Notes: generated from the sequence alone by a model not told the origin. Numbered from the stretch's first letter, positions 1-8,696 are shown. The stretch: 18,249 nt of DNA from a bacterium (GCA_046757025.1 JBHHXN010000108.1:1-18249); one strand, 5' to 3'. A program made the numbers and translations.

Positions 1-34
1 GTTTGGACCACAACAAAGCAAGTCATTTAAACAT

Positions 35-55
35 TTGCGGCTCCGCCGCGCTAGG
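35..55. repeat. Short REP-like palindrome ttgcggctccgccgcgctagg at the point where hsdR homology begins
   Basis: gcgg-ctcc-gccgc can form a small hairpin. The 12-mer ttgcggctccgc recurs in the intergenic region at 10473-10484. Confidence 0.4.
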
Positions 56-618
56 GTTTACCGAGTGTAAAAAATCAGCAAAAAGGCGACCGGCGCGGCG
101 GTGTGGTCTGGCATACGCAAGGCAGCGGCAAATCGCTTTCCATGGTTTTTTATGCCGGCAAAATTGTGCTGGTATTGGACAATCCGACCATTGTCGTGAT
201 TACCGACCGCAACGATCTGGACGACCAGCTTTTTGATACCTTTGCCGCTTGCAAACAACTGCTGCGGCAGGAACCGATTCAGGCCGAAAATCGAGAGCAA
301 TGGAAGTGCTTAAAAAACTTCTTAATGATGAAATCAAATCGCGGGCGAAAACCAACCTGGTGCAGAGCAAAACTTTGATGGAAATGCTGGAACATGCAGA
401 AAGACAAATTGCGCGAATTGGCGGTTGTGCTTTATGAACGGGTTAAACAAAATGCCACCATCGACTGGACGATAAAAGAGAGTGTTAAAGCTAAATTGAA
501 AGTCAATGTAAAAAGATCCTTACGGCAATATGGCTATCCGCCGGACATGCAGAAGCTGGCAACGGAAACGGTGTTGAAGCAGGCAGAACTCATTGCCAAT
601 GAGCTAACCAATTATTGA
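55..618 (+). pseudogene. hsdR: Type I restriction-modification R subunit (HsdR) remnant: 5'-truncated, with two internal deletions and frameshifts
   Basis: Frame +1, 55-300, reads [36 protein letters not shown]...[17 protein letters not shown] (helicase motifs I/Ia), preceded by an in-frame TAG at 52-54. Frame +3, 297-392, reads [32 protein letters not shown]. Frame +1, 394-618, reads MQKDKLRELAVV...IDWTIKESVKAKLK...YGYPPDMQKLATETVLKQAE (DUF3387-type C-terminus). The DEAH box and motifs III-VI are absent. Confidence 0.9.
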
Positions 619-703
619 TTTAGAACCATGAAATTATTGTTATTATCAAGAGCACACATAAAAAACAGCTCAACACAGAACAAATACGCCTGTGGGTCGC
701 CTG

Positions 704-740
704 TAGTTTGCTCGCTCCGGGCAAGGGTATGGGCAAACTA
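704..740. terminator. Hairpin between the convergent hsdR remnant and the TonB receptor, possibly a terminator
   Basis: tagtttgctc (704-713) pairs with gggcaaacta (731-740), giving a 10-bp stem with one G-U pair. There is no strong U-tract. Confidence 0.35.
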
Positions 741-777
741 AATTTCACTGTCCGCGGCGCTCACCTCGCCAACGAAC

Positions 778-3012
778 TCAAAAATCCCTCTGAAAAGTTA
801 ACGTGAACTGCCGGATGGGTTCGATGTTGCGCTCGATCTGGGTGTAATTGTATTGCAGCAAGTTCTCCACGTTCAGCATGAGCGTGAAGGTACTGGTGGA
901 GAGGCCGGCATGTACGTCGCACACTTTGGTGGCCACGCGCTCGTCGTTTGGGAACACCTCCAACTGCTCTTTCTTCAATTTGCTGGCAAACCGAAAATCC
1001 CCCCCAAAATTAAAAAAGCCGAGTTTAACAGTCACGGATGTAGTCAAAATGTGCTGCGGCCGGTAGGTGAGCAGTTTGTCGGTCTGCAAATCTCTGGGGT
1101 CCACATAAACATAGCTCACCACCGTGTTCAAGCGGTTCCTAAACCAGCCGCTGGTGACGTTGGTCTCGATGCCGCGAATGCGCGCATCTTGCACATTGTT
1201 AAATTTGATCACCGGTTTGAGATCGATAAATTCGAAGCCGGGATTGATAAAATCGAAATAACGCTCCTGATAAACCGCCACATTAAAAAGCACGTGGTTC
1301 CAGAGAGACGTGCTCAGCCCCACTTCAGCCGACCAGGAATCTTCGGCTTTCAAGTTTGGATTGGGAACCACCTGAAATCCAGAAGTCGTGGAATTGGTGA
1401 ACAGCTCCGCGATGGAAGGCGCACGAAAACCCTTTCCCACCGACCCTTTCAACGAAGCGCTCCGCCCAAAATTGTAGATAAGGCCAAATTTGGGACTGAC
1501 CTGATATTCGGTTCGGCTGTCGATTATCTTACTAAAATCGACCCGAATGCCGGTGTTGATAGAAAAGCGATCCGAAATTTTAATTTCGTCCTGGAGATAA
1601 CTCGCCAGAATAAAGGCTTCGTGGTTGCCAAAAAAACTCCCTTGCACTTTATCAAAATTGCCTTCCAGTCCGATGGTGAGGGCATGATGGATGCTGGCCT
1701 GGACATCTGCCTGATATTCACCGCGAAAACGCTGCGCTTTTGAGAAATCCTGATTATCGGAGAAATCGTTGTCAAAACGATTACGAAAATAGGAAGCCCG
1801 GAATTTGTGTGTAAAATTTTGATGGATGAGCTGAGAATATGTTGAGTTCAAGTAAAGCTTGGTGGAAAGAATGGTATTTTCGCTGTCCCCTTCTGGCACA
1901 CGAAACGGCTGTTCGAGCCGGCCTAAATATTTTTGACTCAGGATGACCTCCCCATGATCATCCGATGCATAACTGCCCGTGAAAGTGACATGGTTGTTTG
2001 AATTAAAAGTGTATTTGGTTTTTCCAAAAACATTCCATTTCAAGAATTGCGTATTTTCTTTGTAACCGCGGGATTCCCGCCGACCCACAGATAAAATATA
2101 TCCTAAATTCCCTGCCGAATTCGAATAATAGACATCTTGTTGATTGGTGTACAAGACCTTATCTGTCCAGTCCCACTCGGAAAAAACCGGGTGATCGTAA
2201 AATCCGCCCGACAGCCGCACGGATAATTCCGATTTACTGGCGGGCTCTTTGGTGAGGATATTCAGCACGCCGCCAATGGCTGAAGAGCCGTACAACGCCG
2301 AAGCCGCTCCTTTCACCACCTCCACTTTTTCCACTACCATGTAAGGTACCACGTCCCATTTGATGTCGCCGCTGTCGCCCGGCATGGTTGGCACGCCGTC
2401 TGTCAGCAGCAACACGCGGCTGCCGGCGCCGCGGCTGTAACCGGTGGTGCCGCGGATGTTGACGCGATCGCCCACAAAGCTCACCCCCGGCGCATACTTG
2501 AGTGCATCTCGAATGTCCACGCTGTTGCGCTTGCGAATATCCAGCGCAGAAATCACGCTGACGCTATTAGGCGTTTCCGAAAGGCTCTTGCTTTTGCGGC
2601 TGGCGGTCACCACCACCGGCGACATTTCCACAAACGATTCTTCCAATTTAAATTGCAGCATAACCGGCACACCCGGCGTGATCTTCACCTGAAAGGTCTG
2701 TTTTTTAAATCCGATCATGCTGGCAACCACGGTGTAGGTGCCAGCGCGAATGCCCGAAAGTCGGAATTCTCCGTCTAAATTGGTGCTGGTACCCATCACG
2801 GTATCTTTAATAATGATATTGACTCCAGGTAAAGATTCCCCCGTTTTCGCATCGATGACGGTGCCGGAGATCGTCCCCTTGAGCATGGCTTGAGAAAATA
2901 ACGTGCCTGCACCGGCGATATAGAACAAGCATAACAAAGCAAGGCAATGTCGGTTAATGTGACGCAGAACAAGAGCGTCTTTTCCCAGAATTCTATTTGT
3001 GCGTGGAATCAT
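778..3012 (-). CDS. TonB-dependent outer membrane receptor with an N-terminal carboxypeptidase-regulatory-like domain
   Basis: N-domain GTISGTVIDAKTGESLPGVNIII, then VVVTASR, the plug motif VEKVEVVKGAASALYGSSAIGGVLNILTK, GFRAPSIAELF, NPNLKAEDS and a C-terminal Phe. Start moved to ATG 3012, which follows an AAAGGAG RBS and precedes a hydrophobic signal segment. Confidence 0.93.
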   Translation of the reverse strand: MIPRTNRILGKDALVLRHINRHCLALLCLFYIAGAGTLFSQAMLKGTISGTVIDAKTGESLPGVNIIIKDTVMGTSTNLDGEFRLSGIRAGTYTVVASMIGFKKQTFQVKITPGVPVMLQFKLEESFVEMSPVVVTASRKSKSLSETPNSVSVISALDIRKRNSVDIRDALKYAPGVSFVGDRVNIRGTTGYSRGAGSRVLLLTDGVPTMPGDSGDIKWDVVPYMVVEKVEVVKGAASALYGSSAIGGVLNILTKEPASKSELSVRLSGGFYDHPVFSEWDWTDKVLYTNQQDVYYSNSAGNLGYILSVGRRESRGYKENTQFLKWNVFGKTKYTFNSNNHVTFTGSYASDDHGEVILSQKYLGRLEQPFRVPEGDSENTILSTKLYLNSTYSQLIHQNFTHKFRASYFRNRFDNDFSDNQDFSKAQRFRGEYQADVQASIHHALTIGLEGNFDKVQGSFFGNHEAFILASYLQDEIKISDRFSINTGIRVDFSKIIDSRTEYQVSPKFGLIYNFGRSASLKGSVGKGFRAPSIAELFTNSTTSGFQVVPNPNLKAEDSWSAEVGLSTSLWNHVLFNVAVYQERYFDFINPGFEFIDLKPVIKFNNVQDARIRGIETNVTSGWFRNRLNTVVSYVYVDPRDLQTDKLLTYRPQHILTTSVTVKLGFFNFGGDFRFASKLKKEQLEVFPNDERVATKVCDVHAGLSTSTFTLMLNVENLLQYNYTQIERNIEPIRQFTLTFQRDF

Positions 3013-3097
3013 GATTGCTCCTTTTTTCCATCGTACCTTTTTGTAAGCCGTTTGAGAAATTGAGGGATGGTGGAACCATGTTTTTTCTTGAGGCAAG

Positions 3098-3931
3098 TCA
3101 ATATTTGCTCCAATCGACTTTCAAACTAATTTCAGAACGATTTTGATTTTTTCCGATGCGTACCACACCCGGAGAAGACGGATTGTTGGGGGCGGTATAA
3201 TTTCCGATCAACCGCAAGCGGGTAAAATCGGAGATATTCTCACCGGCCAGCGCAGAAACGGTGTAATCGCCTGCCGGCACCAGCATTTTGTAATTTAAAC
3301 TATCCGCATCCAGAGGCAGTAGCGCCACCCCACAAGGAATCAAGCTGTTAAAATTAAAGGGATGTTTGAAAGCAAATATACCGGCAAATTTAACACCCGA
3401 CGGCGGTTCGCCTGTGATTTCCACCCGGCCGCCGATGCTGCCTTTGGTCAAATCCACTGAAATATCGACTCCCTCCACCACCGTGGTGTCCGATTCAATT
3501 TCGACAGCCCGACTCAGATCGGGAATGATGGTGCAGGATGAAAGCGGCGAATAGACCGAGAGGATGTTGGCAATGTCCCAGCTTGTGGCTTTTTCACGAA
3601 AAATTACCGCAATGATCTGGTACGAAGCGGGATTCAGCATTAGACCATAATCCAGTGTCTCGACGCCGATTTGAATGGGATCGCTGAAAATAAACGAATC
3701 CAGCGGGTCGGACGGCTCCGGTGGAAAATTTGCTGCAGCCACCAGACGGGCTTCAGCCATATTCTCCGGCCAAGCTCCGTTAAAAGTAAGGGTTCCTTTG
3801 ATGCCATGCGGAATGTTATTCAATTCTTTTTTGACTTGTAATCCGTGATCCAAATCACACTGCAAGAGACTCAACGCCAGAGTCAACCAGCCGGCGTAAG
3901 CCAATATCGATGTTTTTACGCATTTCATCAT
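3098..3931 (-). CDS. Hypothetical lipoprotein with two tandem beta-rich repeats, likely partner of the TonB receptor
   Basis: MMKCVKTSILAYAGWLTLALSLLQC is a signal peptide with a lipobox-like Cys. The ORF-track extension to 4129 runs through a predicted promoter, so the start was placed at 3931. The stop lies 85 nt before the TBDR start. Confidence 0.8.
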   Translation of the reverse strand: MMKCVKTSILAYAGWLTLALSLLQCDLDHGLQVKKELNNIPHGIKGTLTFNGAWPENMAEARLVAAANFPPEPSDPLDSFIFSDPIQIGVETLDYGLMLNPASYQIIAVIFREKATSWDIANILSVYSPLSSCTIIPDLSRAVEIESDTTVVEGVDISVDLTKGSIGGRVEITGEPPSGVKFAGIFAFKHPFNFNSLIPCGVALLPLDADSLNYKMLVPAGDYTVSALAGENISDFTRLRLIGNYTAPNNPSSPGVVRIGKNQNRSEISLKVDWSKY

Positions 3932-4040
3932 GTCACAAAAATTTAAGTGATTAAAATTAACAGCCAGATTTTTTATTTTTCGAAAAATAACCAGGAAATT
4001 AGGATGAGATCTTTTTGGCTTTCTGTTACAAATTTGTCTC

Positions 4041-4069
4041 AAAGTAAACCATCGCACCAAAAAAATCAA
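4041..4069 (-). promoter_or_regulatory. Putative sigma70-type promoter for the lipoprotein-TBDR operon
   Basis: Minus strand TTGATT (4069-4064), 17-nt spacer, TACTTT (4046-4041). Confidence 0.45.
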
Positions 4070-4237
4070 GTACTTTTTACGGATTTCACCCGGAGAAAAT
4101 CGAAACCCCATCGAGGGCAGCCTTGCCAACTAAAAAGCGGTCATGCGGGCATGTACTAAGCGGAAATACGATAGGCCGCCTAAAAACTCGACTGCTTGGA
4201 ATGAAAATAAATTAAGAATTTCTTCACTCAATATTGC

Positions 4238-4265
4238 TTGATTTTTTTAAATATAATCATATATT
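4238..4265 (+). promoter_or_regulatory. Putative sigma70-type promoter for the STAS gene
   Basis: TTGATT (4238-4243), 16-nt spacer, TATATT (4260-4265), about 40 nt before the ATG. Confidence 0.4.
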
Positions 4266-4305
4266 TCATTGAGAAAAACTACTTTCATGAGAGGGGTCAG
4301 GGGAA

Positions 4306-4683
4306 ATGCCAAAAACACAAACCTCCCAAAAAAAGAAAAACCAAAAACCATCCATTGTCATTGTGAAAGTTGGCGGATATCTCGACTTCACCACTTCGGA
4401 TGAAATCGATCAAGTCATCGAAGGGTTGCTGAGTAAGAGCTCCTACAACATCATCATCGATTTAGAGAATGTGGAGTATATCAGCAGCCGGGGCTGGAGT
4501 ATTTTTCTCAGCAAAATTAAGGAGATCAGAGATAATGGCGGCGATTTGAAATTAGCGCGGCTAAAACCGGACATCTTTCAGGTATTTGAGCTGCTGGAAT
4601 TTTTCTGGTTTCTGAAAACTTACGACACTCTGGAAGAAGCCATCACGGATTTCGACGAAGGGGTGCCCCCGATGCCGGAATAA
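4306..4683 (+). CDS. STAS-domain anti-sigma factor antagonist (SpoIIAA/RsbV-like)
   Basis: IVKVGGYLD...IIIDLENVEYISSRGWSIFLSKIKEIRDNGGDLKLARL...VFELL matches the STAS pattern. A GGGG-rich RBS lies upstream. Confidence 0.9.
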   Translation: MPKTQTSQKKKNQKPSIVIVKVGGYLDFTTSDEIDQVIEGLLSKSSYNIIIDLENVEYISSRGWSIFLSKIKEIRDNGGDLKLARLKPDIFQVFELLEFFWFLKTYDTLEEAITDFDEGVPPMPE

Positions 4684-4694
4684 ATCCGGGCAAT

Positions 4695-5159
4695 CTACGT
4701 CAGCAAAATAAGTAAACTCAACTCGTAAAGGATGAGCAGCGCGTACATAACAAGGATGATCAGTAAAAGCCGCTTCACACTGATGCATCCTCCCAGTATC
4801 GCATAATTTTTATGCACCAGAAACCACAACAAACAAATTCCCGTTAACAGATATTTCGTGAGTAAAAACGGCGCAGGCCCGAATTTTAAAAAAAAGTCCA
4901 TGAGCGGGTTGATTTCTCGGGCCCCCAATTTCACCAAGCGCAAAGTAAAAGTTGCATCAAAAATCGACAATACGATGGTGAACAGAACCGTCAATACCGA
5001 GCGCAAACTATAGCGATCAACATAGCGGAATTTCTGGCGATCTTCCTCACGGCGGAAGTGCATTCTGGCGCCAAAAAGACTCGTTGAGGTAAGAGGAAAG
5101 GTGGGTTTTTGCCGGCGATCTTTTTTCGAACGCCGGTCCGGTCCCCGAAAATTGGACAT
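4695..5159 (-). CDS. DUF5658-family membrane protein
   Basis: Arg-rich N-terminus (DRR..DRR..RR..DR..YVDRY), then LSIFDATFTLRLVKLGAREINPLMDFFL and three hydrophobic helices. Confidence 0.8.
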   Translation of the reverse strand: MSNFRGPDRRSKKDRRQKPTFPLTSTSLFGARMHFRREEDRQKFRYVDRYSLRSVLTVLFTIVLSIFDATFTLRLVKLGAREINPLMDFFLKFGPAPFLLTKYLLTGICLLWFLVHKNYAILGGCISVKRLLLIILVMYALLILYELSLLILLT

Positions 5160-5227
5160 GCGGCTCTCAGATTTAGATCAAAATGGTTCGGCTGCCGTAC
5201 CGCTCATGGCACACGCTAAAACACAAA

Positions 5228-6481
5228 TTACTTTCTTTTCACGCCCAAACCATTTAACAATTCATATATTTCATCATCGGCTAACATACGATTCGATGAT
5301 TTGGCTTTATCGAAAATCGCCTTGACCCATTCTTTTTTCGGTTCAATATCTCTTTTCTTTAGCCAATAAATCACATTCGACTCGCCACTCATGGGCCCCA
5401 CTTCAATGACCTGGTGGCTGCCGAACCATCCGGCCGGCACGCCGGAGTAAACGCGATCCGCTAGCCAGTTCTCGCCTTTTTTCTCTGCTTTGATGATGGA
5501 AGCTGCGTGCACGCCGGTGCCCGTGCGGAATGCATCCTCCCCGATGATGGGATAGTTTTTCGGAACCGGTGCCCCCAGCGATTCGGAAACTTTCAGACAA
5601 TAGCTTTTTAATTTAGAAAGATCCTGGTCGATCCAACCGAACAATTTGCAATTCGCCAGGATCAAGTCCATGGGTGTATTTCCTACCCTTTCCCCAACGC
5701 CCAGGGCGCAACCGTGCACACGGTTGACGCCGGCTTCGATGGCCGCGAAGGTATTGGACAGATCGAATCCCCGATCCCGGTGCCCGTGCCAGTCGATTTT
5801 CACATCCTCGCCGGTGGCTTTGACCACCTCGTGCACGTGCGCAATCAGATTGCGGACGCCCGTGGGTGTGATGTGTCCCACCGTGTCGCAAACGCAAATC
5901 CGTTTAGCGCCGCAATGGATGGCCGCGGTGTAGAGTTGACGAATGTCATCCGGGTGCGCCCGCACCGTATCCTCGGTCACAAACATCACCTGCATCCCGT
6001 GCTTGATGGCAAATTTCACCGCCCGTTCAGATTGCCGTAGCAGAAAATCGAGATCCCAGCCCTCGGCATATTGGCGGATGGGACTGGAACCGATAAAGGT
6101 GCAGGCTTCGATGGGCATGCCGACTTTTTCGGAAATTTCGATGATGGGGATGATGTCCGCCTCCACGGTTCGGGCGGCGCAATTTGCTTGAATGCGCAAA
6201 TTGTTGTCGGCAATTTCTTTGGCTAATCGGAAGACATCGGCATAGGCGCGTGGCCCCGCTCCCGGCAAACCGATGGCCGCAGTGTGAATCCCTAATGAAT
6301 CCATCAAATGCAAAATTTCGATTTTGTCCTCAATGGGGGGATCGATCACCGAAGGACCTTGCAGGCCGTCCCGCAAGGTTTCATCATCGAATTCGATTTC
6401 TACCTCTGGCTGAAATCCACTGTTGTTGTGGAGGTTCCAGTCGTAGATCAATTCACTTTCTTTTAACTTTGCCATTTCCAT
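5228..6481 (-). CDS. LeuA-family DRE-TIM synthase (2-isopropylmalate/homocitrate synthase-like), short form with no C-terminal regulatory domain
   Basis: Motifs DETLRDGLQ, CDTVGH, HGHRDRG (metal-binding HxH), GVGERVGNT, TGVHA and GPMSGESN; about 417 aa. GGGAG RBS; start is ATG 6481 or 6475. Confidence 0.88.
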   Translation of the reverse strand: MEMAKLKESELIYDWNLHNNSGFQPEVEIEFDDETLRDGLQGPSVIDPPIEDKIEILHLMDSLGIHTAAIGLPGAGPRAYADVFRLAKEIADNNLRIQANCAARTVEADIIPIIEISEKVGMPIEACTFIGSSPIRQYAEGWDLDFLLRQSERAVKFAIKHGMQVMFVTEDTVRAHPDDIRQLYTAAIHCGAKRICVCDTVGHITPTGVRNLIAHVHEVVKATGEDVKIDWHGHRDRGFDLSNTFAAIEAGVNRVHGCALGVGERVGNTPMDLILANCKLFGWIDQDLSKLKSYCLKVSESLGAPVPKNYPIIGEDAFRTGTGVHAASIIKAEKKGENWLADRVYSGVPAGWFGSHQVIEVGPMSGESNVIYWLKKRDIEPKKEWVKAIFDKAKSSNRMLADDEIYELLNGLGVKRK

Positions 6482-6501
6482 TTCACTCCCAGCGACGCAA
6501 G

Positions 6502-7284
6502 TCACTTTCCTTTAAATTCAGGTTTTCGTTTTTCGATAAAAGCCTGAGTCCCTTCTTTCATGTCCTCAGTTGAAAAACACAGCCCAAACAAATTGGACTC
6601 CAATTGCACCCCCTCTTCTAAGGTCAGCTCCAAACCGTGGTTGACGGCTTCCAGGCTCAATTTCACCGCCACGGGGCCTTTGCTGAAAATCGTTTTCAAG
6701 ATCTCTTCGGCCGTGGAGATAAGCTGTTCTGCAGCCGTGACTTTGTTGGCCAGACCAATGCGGTAGGCCTCGTGCGCATCGATGATGTTGCCGGTGAGGA
6801 TCAACTCCAGCGCCCGGCCTTTGCCCACCAGGCGCGGTAACCTTTGCGTGCCGCCGTTGCCAGGGATGATGCCGAGATTGACTTCCGGCTGACCAAATTT
6901 GGCGTTTTCCGAGGCGATGCGTAGATGACAGGCCATGGCCAGCTCGCAGCCGCCGCCCAGGCAATAACCGTTGACCGCCGCGATCACCGGTTTGGGGAAA
7001 TGCTCGATCAAATGTAAAATTTGCTGGCTTTCCAGTGAAAACTCTTTGGCGCCCACCGGGTCTTTGGTGGCGAGATCTTTAATATCCGCGCCGGCCACAA
7101 AGGCTTTCTCACCCTCGCCGGTAATGATAACGCCACTGACGGCGTCATCTTCTTTGATTTTCAAAAAAGCATCCTGGATTTCATGCATGGTCTGCCAATT
7201 CAGGGCGTTTAACACTTTGGGCCGGTTGACGGTGATGTAAGCGATTCTGTTTTTCTTGTTGAATAAAATGTTTTCGTAAGCCAT
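6502..7284 (-). CDS. crt: Enoyl-CoA hydratase (crotonase)
   Basis: NRPKVLNALN, AFVAGADI, GGGCELAMAC (catalytic Glu) and FGQPEVNLGIIPGNGGTQRLPRLVG (second Glu). AGGAGG RBS. Confidence 0.93.
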   Translation of the reverse strand: MAYENILFNKKNRIAYITVNRPKVLNALNWQTMHEIQDAFLKIKEDDAVSGVIITGEGEKAFVAGADIKDLATKDPVGAKEFSLESQQILHLIEHFPKPVIAAVNGYCLGGGCELAMACHLRIASENAKFGQPEVNLGIIPGNGGTQRLPRLVGKGRALELILTGNIIDAHEAYRIGLANKVTAAEQLISTAEEILKTIFSKGPVAVKLSLEAVNHGLELTLEEGVQLESNLFGLCFSTEDMKEGTQAFIEKRKPEFKGK

Positions 7285-7374
7285 CTAATCCTCCTGAAAT
7301 AAGAAGTTGAGCTGATATTTTCACTCTTAAATTCTATTTAAAATATTTCTAAAAAATAATAAAAATACGTTTCT

Positions 7375-7691
7375 TTATCGCAATAAAACCATACGTCTGC
7401 TAATCTTGAATCCATCTGCCTCGACTTGATAAAAATAAATCCCCGATGGTTGAGGTTGATTCCTGTCATTTTTACCATCCCACCGAATCACAGACTTATT
7501 TGATTGTTATCGACTCTGACCGTATCGATTTGGATGAACAGATTATTTACTTTCAAATGCTTTTTATCCTGTGAGATTGAAAATGTCGAAAGCGGCAACA
7601 CCAGGAAAAGAATCGAGAAACTGATCTTCCAAATAAATGAAAACACCCGACGATCTCCCCACTTCAAATTCATAATTTCCACACTTTGCAT
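7375..7691 (-). pseudogene. Remnant of a secreted protein: signal peptide and N-terminus joined out of frame to a FlgD-Ig/T9SS type A-like C-terminal tail
   Basis: A GGAGG RBS and ATG 7691 give ...FSFIWKISFSILFLVLPLSTFSISQ...IQIDTVRVDNN. A different frame, 7500-7375, reads NKSVIRWDGKNDRNQPQPSGIYFYQVEADGFKISRRMVLLR*, with an in-frame TAA just upstream. Confidence 0.8.
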
Positions 7692-7747
7692 AATGCCTCC
7701 CCAAAATACGAATTTGAATGCCGCGATAGGATATTTTACGGTTGTTT

Positions 7748-8635
7748 TTATTTTATACCCAAATCCACGGCCACCGGTTTTTCACCCGAATAATCGTAAA
7801 ACCCTTTCCCGGTTTTGCGGCCGTAAAATCCTGCCATGACCATTTTTTTCAGCAGCGGCGGCGGGGCGTAGTGCGATTCACGGTATTCGTCGAACATGAT
7901 GTTGGCGATGTAATAGGTGGTGTCGATGCCTACAAAATCCAGCAGGGTCAACGGCCCCATGGGATGACCGCAGCCCAGGGTCATGCCCTTGTCGATATCT
8001 TCTATGGAAGCCACGCCGTTTTCAACCGCGCGGACGGCGGAAAGTAAATACGGTACCAACAATAAATTCACCACAAAGCCGGAATTGTCTTTGCAGGCGA
8101 TGGGGACCTTGCCGAGCGATTGAGCAAATTGAAATGCCGTGTCAAACGTTTCCTGACTGGTTTCAATGGTGCGAACCACTTCCACCAGTTTCATGATGGG
8201 AACGGGGTTAAAGAAGTGTAGACCCACAAATCGGTCGGTGCGTTTGGTCGCCGCCGCCATTTCCGTTACCGTGAGCGACGAGGTGTTGCTGGCGAAGATG
8301 GTGGTTTCCGGACAGAGGGCGTCCAATTGCTGAAAAATTTCTTTTTTGATTTTGATGTCCTCGGTGACCGCTTCGATGACGAGATGGCAGTCTTTTAGAT
8401 CTTCCAGCTTAGTAGTTCCAGATAGATTTTTTAAAGCCGCGGCTTTGTCCTCCGCAGTCATTTTGCCTTTCTCAACATTTTTCGAAAGAAACTTGTCGAT
8501 CCTGGCCAAGCCTTTATCCAGCAATTCCTGAGAAATTTCGCGTACCACGGTTTCACAGCCGGCTACGGCTGAAACTTGAGCGATACCCGCGCCCATTAAT
8601 CCCGCACCGATCACGCCTACTTTTTTAATTTTCAT
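7748..8635 (-). CDS. hbd: 3-hydroxybutyryl-CoA dehydrogenase
   Basis: GVIGAGLMGAGIA (NAD binding), VIEAVTE, ASNTSS, GLHFFNPVPIMKLVE, GHPMGPLTLLDFVGID and GRKTGKGFYDY. AAGGAGG RBS. Confidence 0.93.
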   Translation of the reverse strand: MKIKKVGVIGAGLMGAGIAQVSAVAGCETVVREISQELLDKGLARIDKFLSKNVEKGKMTAEDKAAALKNLSGTTKLEDLKDCHLVIEAVTEDIKIKKEIFQQLDALCPETTIFASNTSSLTVTEMAAATKRTDRFVGLHFFNPVPIMKLVEVVRTIETSQETFDTAFQFAQSLGKVPIACKDNSGFVVNLLLVPYLLSAVRAVENGVASIEDIDKGMTLGCGHPMGPLTLLDFVGIDTTYYIANIMFDEYRESHYAPPPLLKKMVMAGFYGRKTGKGFYDYSGEKPVAVDLGIK

Positions 8636-8696
8636 GAATCCTCCTTAATAACCTAAATGTCTTATAATATTTTTTAATTCCTAAAGCGACGAAGCC

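Noticed and set aside
628..741. 37-codon ORF after the hsdR remnant
   Set aside because: No RBS or recognisable motif, and it overlaps a hairpin.
853..1743. 296-aa plus-strand ORF
   Set aside because: Antisense shadow of the TonB receptor with no recognisable motifs.
3932..4129. N-terminal extension of the lipoprotein ORF and the overlapping 70-aa plus-strand ORF
   Set aside because: It overlaps predicted promoter DNA, and the signal peptide starts at 3931.
4080..4200. Possible cobalamin riboswitch upstream of the lipoprotein-TBDR pair (minus-strand gggtgaaatcc)
   Set aside because: The GGGAA and ACTG/B12-box elements are missing, and it lies upstream of the predicted promoter.
7488..7490. 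TGA ending the 67-aa ORF as possible selenocysteine or read-through
   Set aside because: The meaningful downstream sequence (WDGKND...) is in a different frame, so a deletion or frameshift explains it better.
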